Assembly (NCBI GenBank): GCA_030390025.1
Contig: CM059431.1
Coordinates: forward strand, 115,756,001 to 115,820,000
DNA: 64,000 nt
Direction: 5' to 3'
DNA from: Squalus acanthias
Taxonomy: Eukaryota
The notes below the pieces were generated by a model that was not told the origin of the DNA, searched no databases, and saw only the letters and a program-made list of their open reading frames with translations. Made by a program: the position numbers and the translations under genes. Shown piece by piece: positions 24,156 through 35,743 of this stretch (the first letter of the stretch is position 1; every line of letters begins with the position of its first letter).

Positions 24156-25479
24156 TATTATCATTTCTCCACAAGTCACTCAAAATGCATTCTGAAAACA
24201 TTTTCATCGACCATTTTTTCTCTCAGTACCTGACATTTCAATTGTCTAAAATACATTTTTAAATAAAATAGAAATAGTGGTGTTGTAGTCGGTGGGGCAA
24301 TGGGGGGACATTGCAATTTGGGGCAGAACCCAATTCTGCTTGGTTTCTGCCCCTCTGATTTTGCCCCTGCATTTCCAATCCAGGAGGGGTGAGTGCTTCT
24401 TCTTCCCACCCAGTCACATAATTCCAGCAGTTTTGGGGGTATTTCTGACGGCAGTTCCGGGCTTCACAGGGAATTCTGCCCAAATCAGTTCCAATAGGCC
24501 CAGCAGGAGCTGTGGATGCTGAGCTCCAGTTAAATCCCACAATCTGTGGAAGGATCAGATTCTTAACATGTCACTCCAGTCAAGGTGGGAGATTTTTCAG
24601 ATGATGTTTTCTCATCATTAACTTCTGATTTGAATACCTCTGCCCAAATATGGGTGGTAATATTCAACACATTTAACTAAGGAACAGGTACCCCAGCCCC
24701 ACTCCTGCCCCCAACCACCCTGCTGCTATGCGAAGTCAAGTGGGAGTGTTGGGGAAAATCCATCCCCCGTGTCTTTCTTAAATCAATCTATGTTATGTTT
24801 GCTGATCCAAGGTGATGCCAACATCCCCACAAGCTTGTAAAATTCAGCACATCAAAAACAATTATACGTCAAGTTCCTGCACTTTATCTCCACTCAGACC
24901 CTTTCCTCACACCACCAAAAAAGTGGCTTTGTGTGATCTATCTTCTACTGATGCATTATTTTCTGAATATTAAACTAGATTGAATGCAATTCCTGGCACT
25001 AAAACGTTTTTACAATGGTAAATAGCCTAAAAGTCTTTTTACACTGATGCTAAAAGATGTTAAATTGATGGCATTGTCTAGCATTCATCCAGATCTAAAT
25101 ATGCGGTAATGGCCAACAATTTGGAACATGCGATACAATACCCACTTATCGCTTGATTTCTGCCTGTTCGAAAATCACTGAGGCGGCATTAAAGGTGGAG
25201 CGTACTATGGTCCTTTTGCTGTGTGTTAGCCTTGACTTGAGAGTTGCTGCTGCCATAATTGTTCATTAAGGGGGTAGTATAGCAAATTACAGCCGTCATG
25301 CAGAACATGCGCCATGCACGCTTACTGCTCATGTGAATCAGGCGTTACAGCTAAGCCCAGTTCATGCCTGTAGGAACTTATGCTTCACTGAGTTTCTGAT
25401 GACAGGAAGTTCTGTATAATAGGGTTTGCTTTCAGTGCCCCCTAGGCACTTGATTTAGTTGAGGAGCCTGAGCAGGAGC

Positions 25480-25935
25480 AGCAAAGGGCTACCAGAGATG
25501 ACAGATGGCAAAAAAAGACATTCAGATCTTCTCTATGCCACCTATTGGACTCCAAGGTAAATACAGCTACTTGGCAATGATTGAAGAACACTGCTTCTGC
25601 AGGCTGAGACTTAGCAAGGAGACAGAAAGCTGTGTTAGTGACTTCAGCAGTACCCGCAGACACCCATGCACCTGGGTATGGCACTGCCAGTGGCCGTTAA
25701 GCTTACCACAAACCTCAATTTTTATGTCTCTTGTCTCTGCCATGCGAGTCCAGATGACCTCAGCAATATCAGCCAATTTGCTGTACATGCATGCATCAAA
25801 GAAGTAACTGATCCTTTATTCGGGAAAGCCAGCACCTTTATGTCCTTTCCCACTAACCAAGATCAGCAGCAATAACAGGGTTGTCTAATCCCACTGGATT
25901 GCTAGCTTTCTGCTGGCACATATATGGCCATCTAG
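25480..25935 (+). pseudogene. HARBI1-like transposase remnant
   Basis: YSYLAMIEEHCFCRLRLSKE and ALPVAVKLTTNLNFY...LSNISQFAVHACIKEVTDPLF...FMSFP, homologous to 5090-5350. Confidence 0.85.
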
Positions 25936-26051
25936 GCCCTTAGACACAATGGCATGGTTGTATTTTTCCAGTATTTTATTTTAATTCCAGATTAACAACA
26001 TTTCCAAGTTTTTAATTTTCAAACTCCTTTTATTAACTAGTTCTGTGAGGT

Positions 26052-27372
26052 CAGAATCCCTAGGGATTGCAGTTTAGATGGAAACCATGCTAGCCCAGAA
26101 TTCCTCGGGGCTGCAGTGGGGGCACAAACGGTGCTAGCCCAGAATCCCCAGGGGCTGCAGTAGAGGCGGAAACCGTGCTAGCCCAGAATCCCTAGGGGCT
26201 GCAGTAGAGGCACAAACGGTGCTAGCCCAGAATCCCTAGGGGCTGCAGTAGGGGTGGAAACCGTGCTAGCCCAGAATCCCTAGGGGCTGTAGTAGAGGCA
26301 CAAACGGTGCTAGCCCAGAATCCCTAGGGGCTGCAGTAGAGGCACAAACGGTGCTAGCCCAGAATCCCTAGGGGCTGCAGTAGAGGCACAAACGGTGCTA
26401 GCCCAGAATCCCTAGGGGCTGCAGTAGGGGCGGAAACGGTGCTAGCCCAGAATCCCTAGGGGCTGCAGTAGAGGCGGAACCCGTGCTAGCCCAGAATCCC
26501 TAGGGGCTGCAGTAGAGGCACAAACGGTGCTAGCCCAGAATCCCTAGGGGCTGCAGTAGAGGCACAAACGGTGCTAGCCCAGAATCCCTAGGGGCTGCAG
26601 TAGAGGCACAAACGGTGCTAGCCCAGAATCCCTAGGGGCTGCAGTAGGGGCGGAAACGGTGCTAGCCCAGAATCCCTAGGGGCTGCAGTAGAGGCGGAAA
26701 CCGTGCTAGCCCAGAATCCCTAGGGGCTGCAGTAGAGGCACAAACGGTGCTAGCCCAGAATCCCTAGGGGCTGCAGTAGAGGCACAAACCGTGCTAGCCC
26801 AGAATCCCTAGGGGCTGCAGTAGAGGCACAAACGGTGCTAGCCCAGAATCCCTAGGGGCTGCAGTAGAGGCACAAACGGTGCTAGCCCAGAATCCCTAGG
26901 GGCTGCAGTAGGGGCGGAAACGGTGCTAGTCCAGAATCCCTAGGGGCTGCAGTAGAGGCGGAACCCGTGCTAGCCCAGAATCCCTAGGGGCTGCAGTAGA
27001 GGCACAAACGGTGCTAGCCCAGAATTCCTAGGGGCTGCAGTAGGGGCACAAACGGTGCTAGCCCAGAATCCCTAGGGGCTGCAGTAGAGGCACAAACGGT
27101 GCTAGCCCAGAATCCCTAGGGGCTGCAGTAGAGGCACAAACGGTGCTAGCCCAGAATCTCTAGGGGCTGCAGTAGAGGCACAAACGGTGCTAGCCCAGAA
27201 TCCCTAGGGGCTGCAGTAGAGGCACAAACGGTGCTAGCCCAGAATCCCTAGGGGCTGCAGTAGAGGCACAAACGGTGCTAGCCCAGAATCCCTAGGGGCT
27301 GCAGTAGAGGCACAAACGGTGCTAGCCCAGAATCCCTAGGGGCTGCAGTAGAGGCACAAACGGTGCTAGCCC
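26052..27372. repeat. 44-bp minisatellite, about 30 units
   Basis: Unit GGTGCTAGCCCAGAATCCCTAGGGGCTGCAGTAGAGGCACAAAC; period confirmed at 26221 and 26265. Confidence 0.97.
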
Positions 27373-27960
27373 ACCAGGCAACAGGCGGCTGCTCTTCAGC
27401 TGCAACCATTACTTGCTCCTTACCCGTGCACTGTAACCTCTCAGTGTTCATCTCCTTGAGGTTGCTATCTGTATCCTCTAGGGTACGTGTAGCTGTGCTG
27501 GTGCTTGGTAAAGGAGGTAAGAATGGTGTGGGATTCAGAGTTGCTCAGCAACACTGGGTGTGGACAGTCTTCTTCCACAGGCCTATAACAAACAGAAGAG
27601 GAAAATGTCTCAAAATGCTGCTTCAAAAAAGAACCTTCAAGCAGTTTTTCGGCGAGTGTACTGTACATGATATTCTTAAGGTTGAGTTTATGCCCTAGAA
27701 GCTGCACAGAGAGAAAAGGCAGAGCACTAAGTTGGTAGGAGTGGCCCTGAGTTTAGGAGCGGCGGCATCTAGATTCACCTTCTCTTACTGTCTTAAAACC
27801 TTTGCACGGTATAATGCTCAGTGTGACCTCCACAAATGGATTCAAGGGCTTGTACTGCCTGAGACACCTTCCAGTTTGGGTCTGCTCCCTTGCCATCTTG
27901 TCCAAGAGCAGATCAGTAGTCTTGAGATTTTGCATATATTGTTGCCAATGCTCCGGCCTA
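27373..27960 (-). pseudogene. Probable decayed exons of a Harbinger Myb/SANT partner gene
   Basis: Convergent with the 25.5-kb transposase; minus-strand acceptor (tttgttatag near 27583) followed by Ser/Thr/Pro-rich remnants; no intact domain is visible. Confidence 0.4.
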
Positions 27961-28939
27961 AGATTTTTAAGCTATATAGCTGACGTATTTATTCCATTCT
28001 GCAATAAAACCATGCACGGTAAATATTCAATGCCCTGTTTCTCTCATGCTATCACTGCAGAGGATAAGCTACTATTAAAGGTCATTGTGACTCAGCACAA
28101 AATGATTTACAGACTATCAAGATACACTTTGTAGCATGTCTACTTTAGGCCAGTACTTGGAATTCCAAACTGTACTTTAAAATGACAGTAGCTGTTTTCA
28201 GGATGCCAACCATCTTCTCACATCTCTTGAGGTTCACTGGGGTCCGTAAACCCTATATTTGTTCTTAAACCCAAGGTATCTGGCACATCTGGAAGGGTAC
28301 ACTTTAGTTCCATGAAAGTACTGCCCTCTTGCCCTTTACTTCCTGTGTGAACCCCTGGCTGGCTCTCCCCTGTGCTTCCTTATGACAGTTAAACTTCTCA
28401 GTCTTGCTATTATAGCGTGTGATGCACACCTGTGACAGAAACCAGCAGTATTGGGGTTAATGAGTAAGTCTTAATTCTCTCGGAAGCACGTAGTGACTTG
28501 CTGTTAATCTCCAAATAACACCTCCATTAATTTCTAGACCATTATGGTGTGCTTTTATTCAATTTCTGGCTTGTGTTATGGTAGCGACAGTTATCAGCGT
28601 GGATTACAGCTGTCGGTGTGCATGCATCTAATGTGGCCCCACTGAAATATTAGCAATTGTTACTTCGCCAAAGCAAGTTTATCAAGAAATACCATGAATT
28701 TTCAGGTATAATATTTCCTCCATGCATATTCAGCACCTCCTTCACGTTGAGCCATGAATTTTAGGAAAAATACGAATAATTTAGATATATTTTAGTACCT
28801 ATATATAATGTACACACTACACTTCTGGATTTGTTTTTAAGGGGAGGGGGATATGAATTGTATTCTAAAATTTATGGTCATTTGCACTTATTCCCTGAAA
28901 TAGGGCGGTAGCATCCAGGAAAACGCGGGGAAAGACTTC

Positions 28940-29732
28940 GGGGGAAAAACTTGGTTGGTTAGCACCTCCCGTTAGCGCCTCCGGGGGCACTAACGGGGAG
29001 CTAGGAACTTAGCTCCCGAGCGCGACGATTTTAGCGCCGCTCGTGAAATTGCCCAGTCGTTTTGCGGCGGCGCTAAACACTACCGCCACGATCTCCATCA
29101 CCCGCAGATCGTGACGTCAGTCAAGTGTGCAATGCCCCAGACCGGATATTGAGTCGCGCCTCCTGCCTTAGCGCCTGCCACTAGGAACGACAGGTAGAGG
29201 GGAACGTTTTCAAGTCAGGAAGGGGCTGGGGGAAGCGCTATTTAAAGGTGGGCCCTTCCTGCCTTTTTTTGTCAGCAAAATGTTTGGTTTTGACGCTGTC
29301 CGAAGGAGTTTTGGCCCTCAGCACCACTTTTGAGGTTCCTAAGTGCCGAGCTCTTTCCCTGGGCCTATCCATTAGTGCTTCCAACACAATTGCTTTAGAG
29401 GTCTCGCCAGGCCGAGATTCAAGGCTGCAATGAGCAGGGAGTGGCTAGCCAGCAAGATGGCCCCACCCCTTTAAGAACTGGACGGCGCCAGTCTGTCTGG
29501 CTTCCATGGTAACTGACATCGCCTGAGCTTCGGTAGCGTTCTGAGGTAGCGCCTCGCTCCCTGACGTTTGCGCCTTAAGAGAGGTGCGTAGTGCCTGATT
29601 TAGCGCTCAAATCACCTCCAGGGGCGATTGAGGTGAATTTTGCAGTCGGAGGCAATAATTAGCGCCGGCCACTAAACTTTGCGCCCGGCCAATATTAGCG
29701 CCCCAAAATGGGCGATACCCAATGTTTCCCCC
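28940..29732. mobile_element. GC-rich MITE, same family as 36565-37451 in opposite orientation
   Basis: GGGGGAAAAAC / ATGTTTCCCCC ends; internal blocks are reverse complements of 36565-37451. Confidence 0.85.
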
Positions 29733-29990
29733 TTACCGTTCCATTCCCGCCATTGCACATCCATTCCCCCCCGCCCCCCGTCTACCCCAGGCCTACCGTT
29801 GGGCAGTCGACGCACCCCTCTGAGTCAGGCGATAGGTCCATTTAAAATGCAAATCCATGTCCTATGACGCACCCCAATTGCCAATTTAGGAGAGAACTGG
29901 TCGAAGTGCACGCCACGCAGACTCCATCCAGTGTCAACTGGTGGTCCAGCTAAAGAGGATCTGACCAGTAAGTCTGTGTTTGTTTTTGTG

Positions 29991-30443
29991 GAGCCAGTGC
30001 TCCTCCGGGCCAGTGCTCCTCCGAGCCAGTGCTCCTCTGAGCCAGTGCTCCTCCGGGCCAGTGCTCCTCCGGGCCAGTGCTCCTCTGGGCCAGTGCTCCT
30101 CCGGGCCAGTGCTCCTCTGAGCCAGTGCTCCTCCGAGCCAGTGCTCCTCTGAGCCAGTGCTCCTCCGGGCCAGTGCTCCTCCGGGCCAGTGCTCCTCTGG
30201 GCCAGTGCTCCTCCGAGCCAGTGCTCCTCTGAGCCAGTGCTCCTCCGGGCCAGTGCTCCTCTGGGCCAGTGCTCCTCTGAGCCAGTGCTCCTCCGGGCCA
30301 GTGCTCCTCTGAGCCAGTGCTCCTCCGGGCCAGTGCTCCTCCGGGCCAGTGCTCCTCTGGGCCAGTGCTCCTCCGGGCCAGTGCTCCTCTGGGCCAGTGC
30401 TCCTCCGGGCCAGTGCTCCTCTGGGCCAGTGCTCCTCCGGGCC
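29991..30443. repeat. 16-bp minisatellite, about 28 units
   Basis: Unit GCCAGTGCTCCTCYGR. Confidence 0.97.
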
Positions 30444-30463
30444 CCACAAAATAAACTGCCTGC

Positions 30464-30740
30464 CCGGGGTCATAAATATGAGATAGTCACTAACAAATCC
30501 AATAGGGAATTCAGGAGAAACTTCTTTACCCAAAGAGTGGTTAGAATGTGAAACTCGCTGCCACAAAGAAAAGTTGCGGCAAATAGCATCGATGCATTTA
30601 AGGGGAAGCTAGATAAACACATGAGGGAGAAAGGAATAGAAGGTTGTACTGATAGGGTTAGATGAGGAGGGGTGGGAGGAGGCTCATGTGGAAGATAAAC
30701 GCCAGCATAGACACTTGGGCCGAGTGCTGTAGACTCGACG
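30464..30740 (+). mobile_element. CR1 3' fragment
   Basis: RGHKYEIV...REFRRNFFTQRVVRM*NSLP plus 3'UTR. Confidence 0.9.
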
Positions 30741-32537
30741 TAACTCCATCTAACTCCTCGGCCTCGACTACCGCACCTTAGACGATCAACCAGGCAGCTG
30801 CCACCAGTGTCCCCGAGACATTCTTGTGGCCAAAAACCGGTGAGCTGCCTTGGGATGCCCGTTTGGTCTCCGGAGCTTACCAGTCTCATCCCGCTGAAAT
30901 GGGTAGCCGGCTGGCTGGCTCTCTCTGCTGGTTGGCTGACCGAAAACCCCCCCTCTGTCTCAAAAATATTATAGTGAAAAAAAACTCCTCAGGGAATTAA
31001 GAAACAGAACTTACGCATTAGTTTTGTTTTTTTAATCCCTATTGTGTATCCTTGCTGTCTTTTTTTGGAGTGGTGCAAAATGCAACTCAAAGGGTTAAAT
31101 GCTTGTTCATTGGTAAAGAAAGAACTTGCATTTATATAGCGCCTTTCATGACCTCAGGAGGTCCCGAAGCACTTCACAGACAGTGAAGTACTTTTGAAGT
31201 GTAAGGGACATACAGTATTTAGCAGTCATTCAGACAGGAACATCAACTAACCAGCACTTTAAAAAAAATGGAACATTTTAATGTTAATTCTTGGTCAGGC
31301 TTTTATAGCTTTACTTTTCCGTTAAAAAAAAGTCTTTTGACAACAACACAGTTTTGCTGACAGTTCGCAAAAGCTATTTCTGACACACTGTCCACCATTG
31401 AAAACTTAAGCTATAAACATGGGCCATTGAGAAATTCTGCAGATTTCTGTGAAAAGAATTACCTTTTCGAATTCATAATGACTTTTGAAAAGCAGGTCAC
31501 ATGGGTCATCATCAGTGCTAGCACTGTAATCTTGCTCGTGGTAAGCCAATTACCCTGCGCCACTGTGTGCATTCAGCGCTGGGACCTTTCCCAGGCTCCA
31601 GCCTGCACTGTTTCAATATATTCTGCCAGTCTATCAGCTGTTAGGTAGGGCTTGGGCAACAGCTGCCAGCAACTGCAAACATCCGGCCTCTACTGAGAGG
31701 CATAATGGCCCGTTTGATGCCAGCAAACTCCGGGATGCTTAGAAATTCCTTTAAGTTTACAATTAAATTCGAGGAAAAGTTACCTTATATCACTACATAC
31801 AGCTGAATCACAATCCCCCGTTGTGGAATCATTTCTGTTTTACTTTCACATACATTTAGACACTGGCTTTTTGTCTCTGAGCTCTTGCTGATTGTGGCGC
31901 TTGGCAAAGAGCCCAATGTTCTTGTGATTAGTTTCTAAACAGGATGTCCTTGCAAATTGAAAAAAAAACAAGAGAGCACAGCAAAACTTCCTCCCAATGG
32001 GAGAGGATTGGATATTGGCATGCAGGATGAGTGTAAATGTACAGGCATCGAGTCCAACTGCTGCAAACTGAGTCTGGCAAATGTCAAAGGTGCTGGGAGA
32101 GCCCGCTGATAGGCCTGATAGTGGTGAAGAGGTATTTGCAGGGTTAAGTGCTGACACGGGAAGTTTTTAAATTAAAGCACAGAGAATTCTCTATCCCGGG
32201 ATTGATGGTTAATTACTTTTAGGAAATTCAGCGAAGAGCTAATCAGTTCAGCACTGCTTAGTTAGCACAGCAGAGGTTTGTTTTAAAAAAGAGGTCAATT
32301 CTATTTTCTGTTAGTAGGGTCGTGAACTAAGCTGAACTTAAAAACTGAAGGAACCTGAATTGAGCCATTTTATATGAGTTGGGAATACTTTCCCCAATAT
32401 GGACCATTTGAGAAAGGATGGCTTGTTCTTTCATACGATAAAAAAAATGGCAGTACAAATGAACCACTTTGATCTAATGTCGATATTTTTTTTAAAGTCG
32501 GTGGTCTATTGAGAGTTGACTGATCTCTGGCAGTCTA

Positions 32538-32668
32538 AAGAAAGAAAGAAAGACTTGCATTTATATAGCGCCTTTCACAACCTCAGGATGTTCCAAAGCG
32601 CTTTACAGCCAATGAAGTACTTTTGAAGTGTAGTCACTTTTGTAATGTAGGAAATGCGGCAGCCAATT
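32538..32668 (-). mobile_element. Deu-SINE 3' fragment (another at about 31115-31203)
   Basis: aaagacttgcatttatatagcgcctttc...gaagtacttttgaagtgtag. Confidence 0.8.
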
Positions 32669-33109
32669 TCTTTCTTTCTTTCTTCCTTCGTTCTTTCTTT
32701 CTTCACAGTGTAGTGAAGAGCATCTGATTTTTGGTGGTCTCATTGAGGGATTGTTTTTTTTTTCCTGGCAGCATTTGTGGCTTGATCCATGCAGGTAGTG
32801 GGATCTGAATTTGATTCCATGCATTGCAGAGGTGAAGGTATATCTCATTACTCGAGCAATATAATAGGCAGGGTACCTCCCTATTCTAGGGAGACTTACA
32901 TGTCAGTCAGCAGGATTCAGACTGGGATCATAAGCTTTGTAAAATCCAAACTTTACAGGCTGTAAAGAAACCCAGATTTACACTCTTACTGTCACTCTTA
33001 CCAGATATTATTTGTTTATCCATACATAACTTTTTCATTCACAAAAGGTTGATTTGTTTCATAATTTCACATTAATGAGCTTCTGTGAACATCTGTATAT
33101 TATATAGGT

Positions 33110-33590
33110 GCCTCTTCTCCATGTAGGAAGTCGGACTCCAGCCAGAACTCTGCGGGAATCACTACCTGGCCGGAGGACGGAAGTGGGATTACGAGCAGCA
33201 GGAGGCTGCTGCTGGGGACCCAAGGGAGCGTGGTGTAGCGGGACGGGGGTGGAGAGGGGGCGGCAGGGAGGGGGTTCGGATCTTGGTTAGGGGAGAGAAG
33301 CGCTCCTGCTCCTACTGGTCCACAAGGAAACCAGCTCCTACTCGCCGCCATGTTTGACTGGCGGGTTTGGCACTTGTGAATGTCTTAATTGTGTCACAGG
33401 ACCCTGAGATTTAAATATTGATGAGTCGCCCACCAGCCTGCGTCGGGCGCCGCCGCCCCCCCCAATACTGTGGAGAACCCAGCAGTTAAAATGGCGGTGG
33501 GCGAAAATGCAGCCGGTAGCGCCTGGTCACTGTTTCAATCACTCGCCTGCCCCGTTCCCGTTGGGTGGGCAGGGTTAAAATAGTGCCTGA
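33110..33590. mobile_element. Degenerate GC-rich MITE fragment
   Basis: CpG-rich block ending gggcagggttaaaatagtgcc. Confidence 0.45.
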
Positions 33591-34383
33591 TAAATTGACA
33601 TACCTGCCTGAACAGAGCCTTTGTGACCTTCTTAACACAATGGGGAAATGGATCTCTGCCATTTTCTGGTGGTTTTCAATGAACTCCCGCTGGAGTTACG
33701 GCACAAGTCCAGCAGAACCTATGAGGAAATTCTGGGCCACTTGGGACCTCTCCCCAGCACGATTAGACACCTACCCCTCTCCCATTGTCTTGGACCACAG
33801 CACCCTCTCCATATCCTGGAACCTCTGCACCTAGTACTGACAGGTCCTGGTACCTTCACCCAATGCTCCCAGATCATGACACTCCACCGTCATACAGCAA
33901 GTCCTCTAACTGCTGCTAAACCCAGAACCACCACTCCTCCTCACTGCAACTAACTCACAAGTCTTGTAAGCACTATATATAGAAACACAGTAGAATTCTT
34001 TGGAACAATGAAGTCTCACGCATCCAGTAAGTTTGTGACAATACCAAACCAAACCATCTCTGCTAATATTCTGCAGCTCAAGATATTTCATGGGTATATT
34101 TCATACCCATGTAAATGTTCAGACCAACTCCCTAATATCACAGTGTCCTCCCATTCATGTTTTTATCCTGCACAAGTCAAAGTTAACAGAACTAGCCTAT
34201 ATTTTGATGCACACCACCTGTCATCCGCACCTATAAAAATATTTTCACGGTTGATCATTAATGAAGAATGAAGACACTCAACCAAAAAGGTAGTCATTCA
34301 TTGTGAGAAGCGGCAACAGAGTATTGTTTACTGAATAACAATCTCAGGCCTTTGCAACTAAAACTTCATTACTAGGGCATTGA

Positions 34384-34412
34384 ACACACACACACACACA
34401 CACACACACACA
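34384..34412. repeat. (AC)n microsatellite
   Basis: Direct reading. Confidence 0.95.
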
Positions 34413-34749
34413 TTCGCCATGACGTGGTGAGTCAGAGGATATGCTGTTTTCAACAGGGATGTTATGCCATGTAATGCATTGTGCATTATTATTATTAGGG
34501 CCACTGATTTAATATAATTGAATAAGTCAATTCTATTTTTATTACATGACAATCCCTGGACTTTTACCAATATTTTGGAGATCGAATTCCATGATTGTCC
34601 TTTTTACATAAAAACATGTAAATTCATGGTGTTGATAAATACTATTGCATTTAATATACTTATGTGTTTAATATTTATCTCTTACCTTTTTTAAAGCCAG
34701 CACGAGAAAATAGTAGGTAACCTGCAGCAGTTTAGAGGGAGGAGTATGT

Positions 34750-35705
34750 GGGGGAAAAATTCGGTGTCGCCCCTTTAGGGGCGCTAACGTCGCCGGGGCG
34801 CTAATTTTAGTGGCCCGAAAAAATTAGCACCCCTCCGCCTGAAATTCAGTAGTATCGTCCCAAACAGGAGGTGGGCTCTGCTGGACGCGCTCCACCTCCT
34901 ACTTGGGGCGCTACAACTGGATATCGCGGCACTACGTGCAACAGCGCCACACGCGTCGGCACGTAGCGCCGCATCATTGCAGGCCTCCCTCCCCTGATTA
35001 AAGGGGAGGGGCCTAGCGCTGTGTGCACCTGGGCCATGCTGGACCACCGGGGAGCGGGGTGCTGTGAAAACAGCCCGGCACACAAGAGAAGAGCCGGGCT
35101 GAGCAATTGCGGCCGGCACCCCGAAGAAAATAGGGGAAGGGGGCAGGTGCTGACAGTCGGCCCCCAAAATAATGGCCGCCCACCACCTGCCCTTTAAGTA
35201 GCGCCGCCGCAGCTGCAAAAACGCCACCCTGACCCTGTCGGACATATTGTCCGGCGATAGGTCAGGGGGCGCAACCCAAGTTTGCGGCCGGGGTGCGAGC
35301 GGGGCGCTGCGATGATGTCATCTGGAACTCACTGCCTGAGAGGGTGGTAGAGGTAGGAACCCTCACAACATTCCCCAGTCACAACATTCAAGAAGCATTT
35401 AGATGAGCACTTGAAACGCCATAGCATACAAGGCTACGGACCAAGTGCTGGAAAATGGGATTAGAATAGATAGGGCTTGATGGCCGGCACGGACACGATG
35501 GGCTGAAGGGCCTCTTTCTGTGCTGTATAACTCTATGACTCTATGGCGCAGCACCGCGCCGTGCTACCAGCTACCGCCACCGCTAACCTCCCGTTGAATT
35601 TTGCAGGAGATGTTAGCGGCGCCCCGCCTGGGCGCTAGGGGATTTGCACCCCATTAGCGTCTCCCCGGTCGCTAACGAGAGGCTCAAATCAACCCAATTT
35701 TTCCC
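34750..35705. mobile_element. GC-rich MITE with nested CR1 3' end (about 35321-35544, +)
   Basis: GGGGGAAAAATTCGG / CCCAATTTTTCCC ends; the nested piece encodes WNSLPERVVE and ends in a (ctctatga)n tail. Confidence 0.8.
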
Positions 35706-35743
35706 TAGTCAGCGAGTCTATTCCCCTCCCTGGCTGAACCCGA

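Noticed and set aside
26052..27372. CRISPR-like look (constant palindromic part plus variable part)
   Set aside because: Variable parts are short recurrent variants of one sequence, not unique spacers; there are no cas genes and the context is vertebrate.
29931..30566. Long repetitive ORFs on both strands
   Set aside because: They are translations of the 16-bp minisatellite running into a CR1 fragment.
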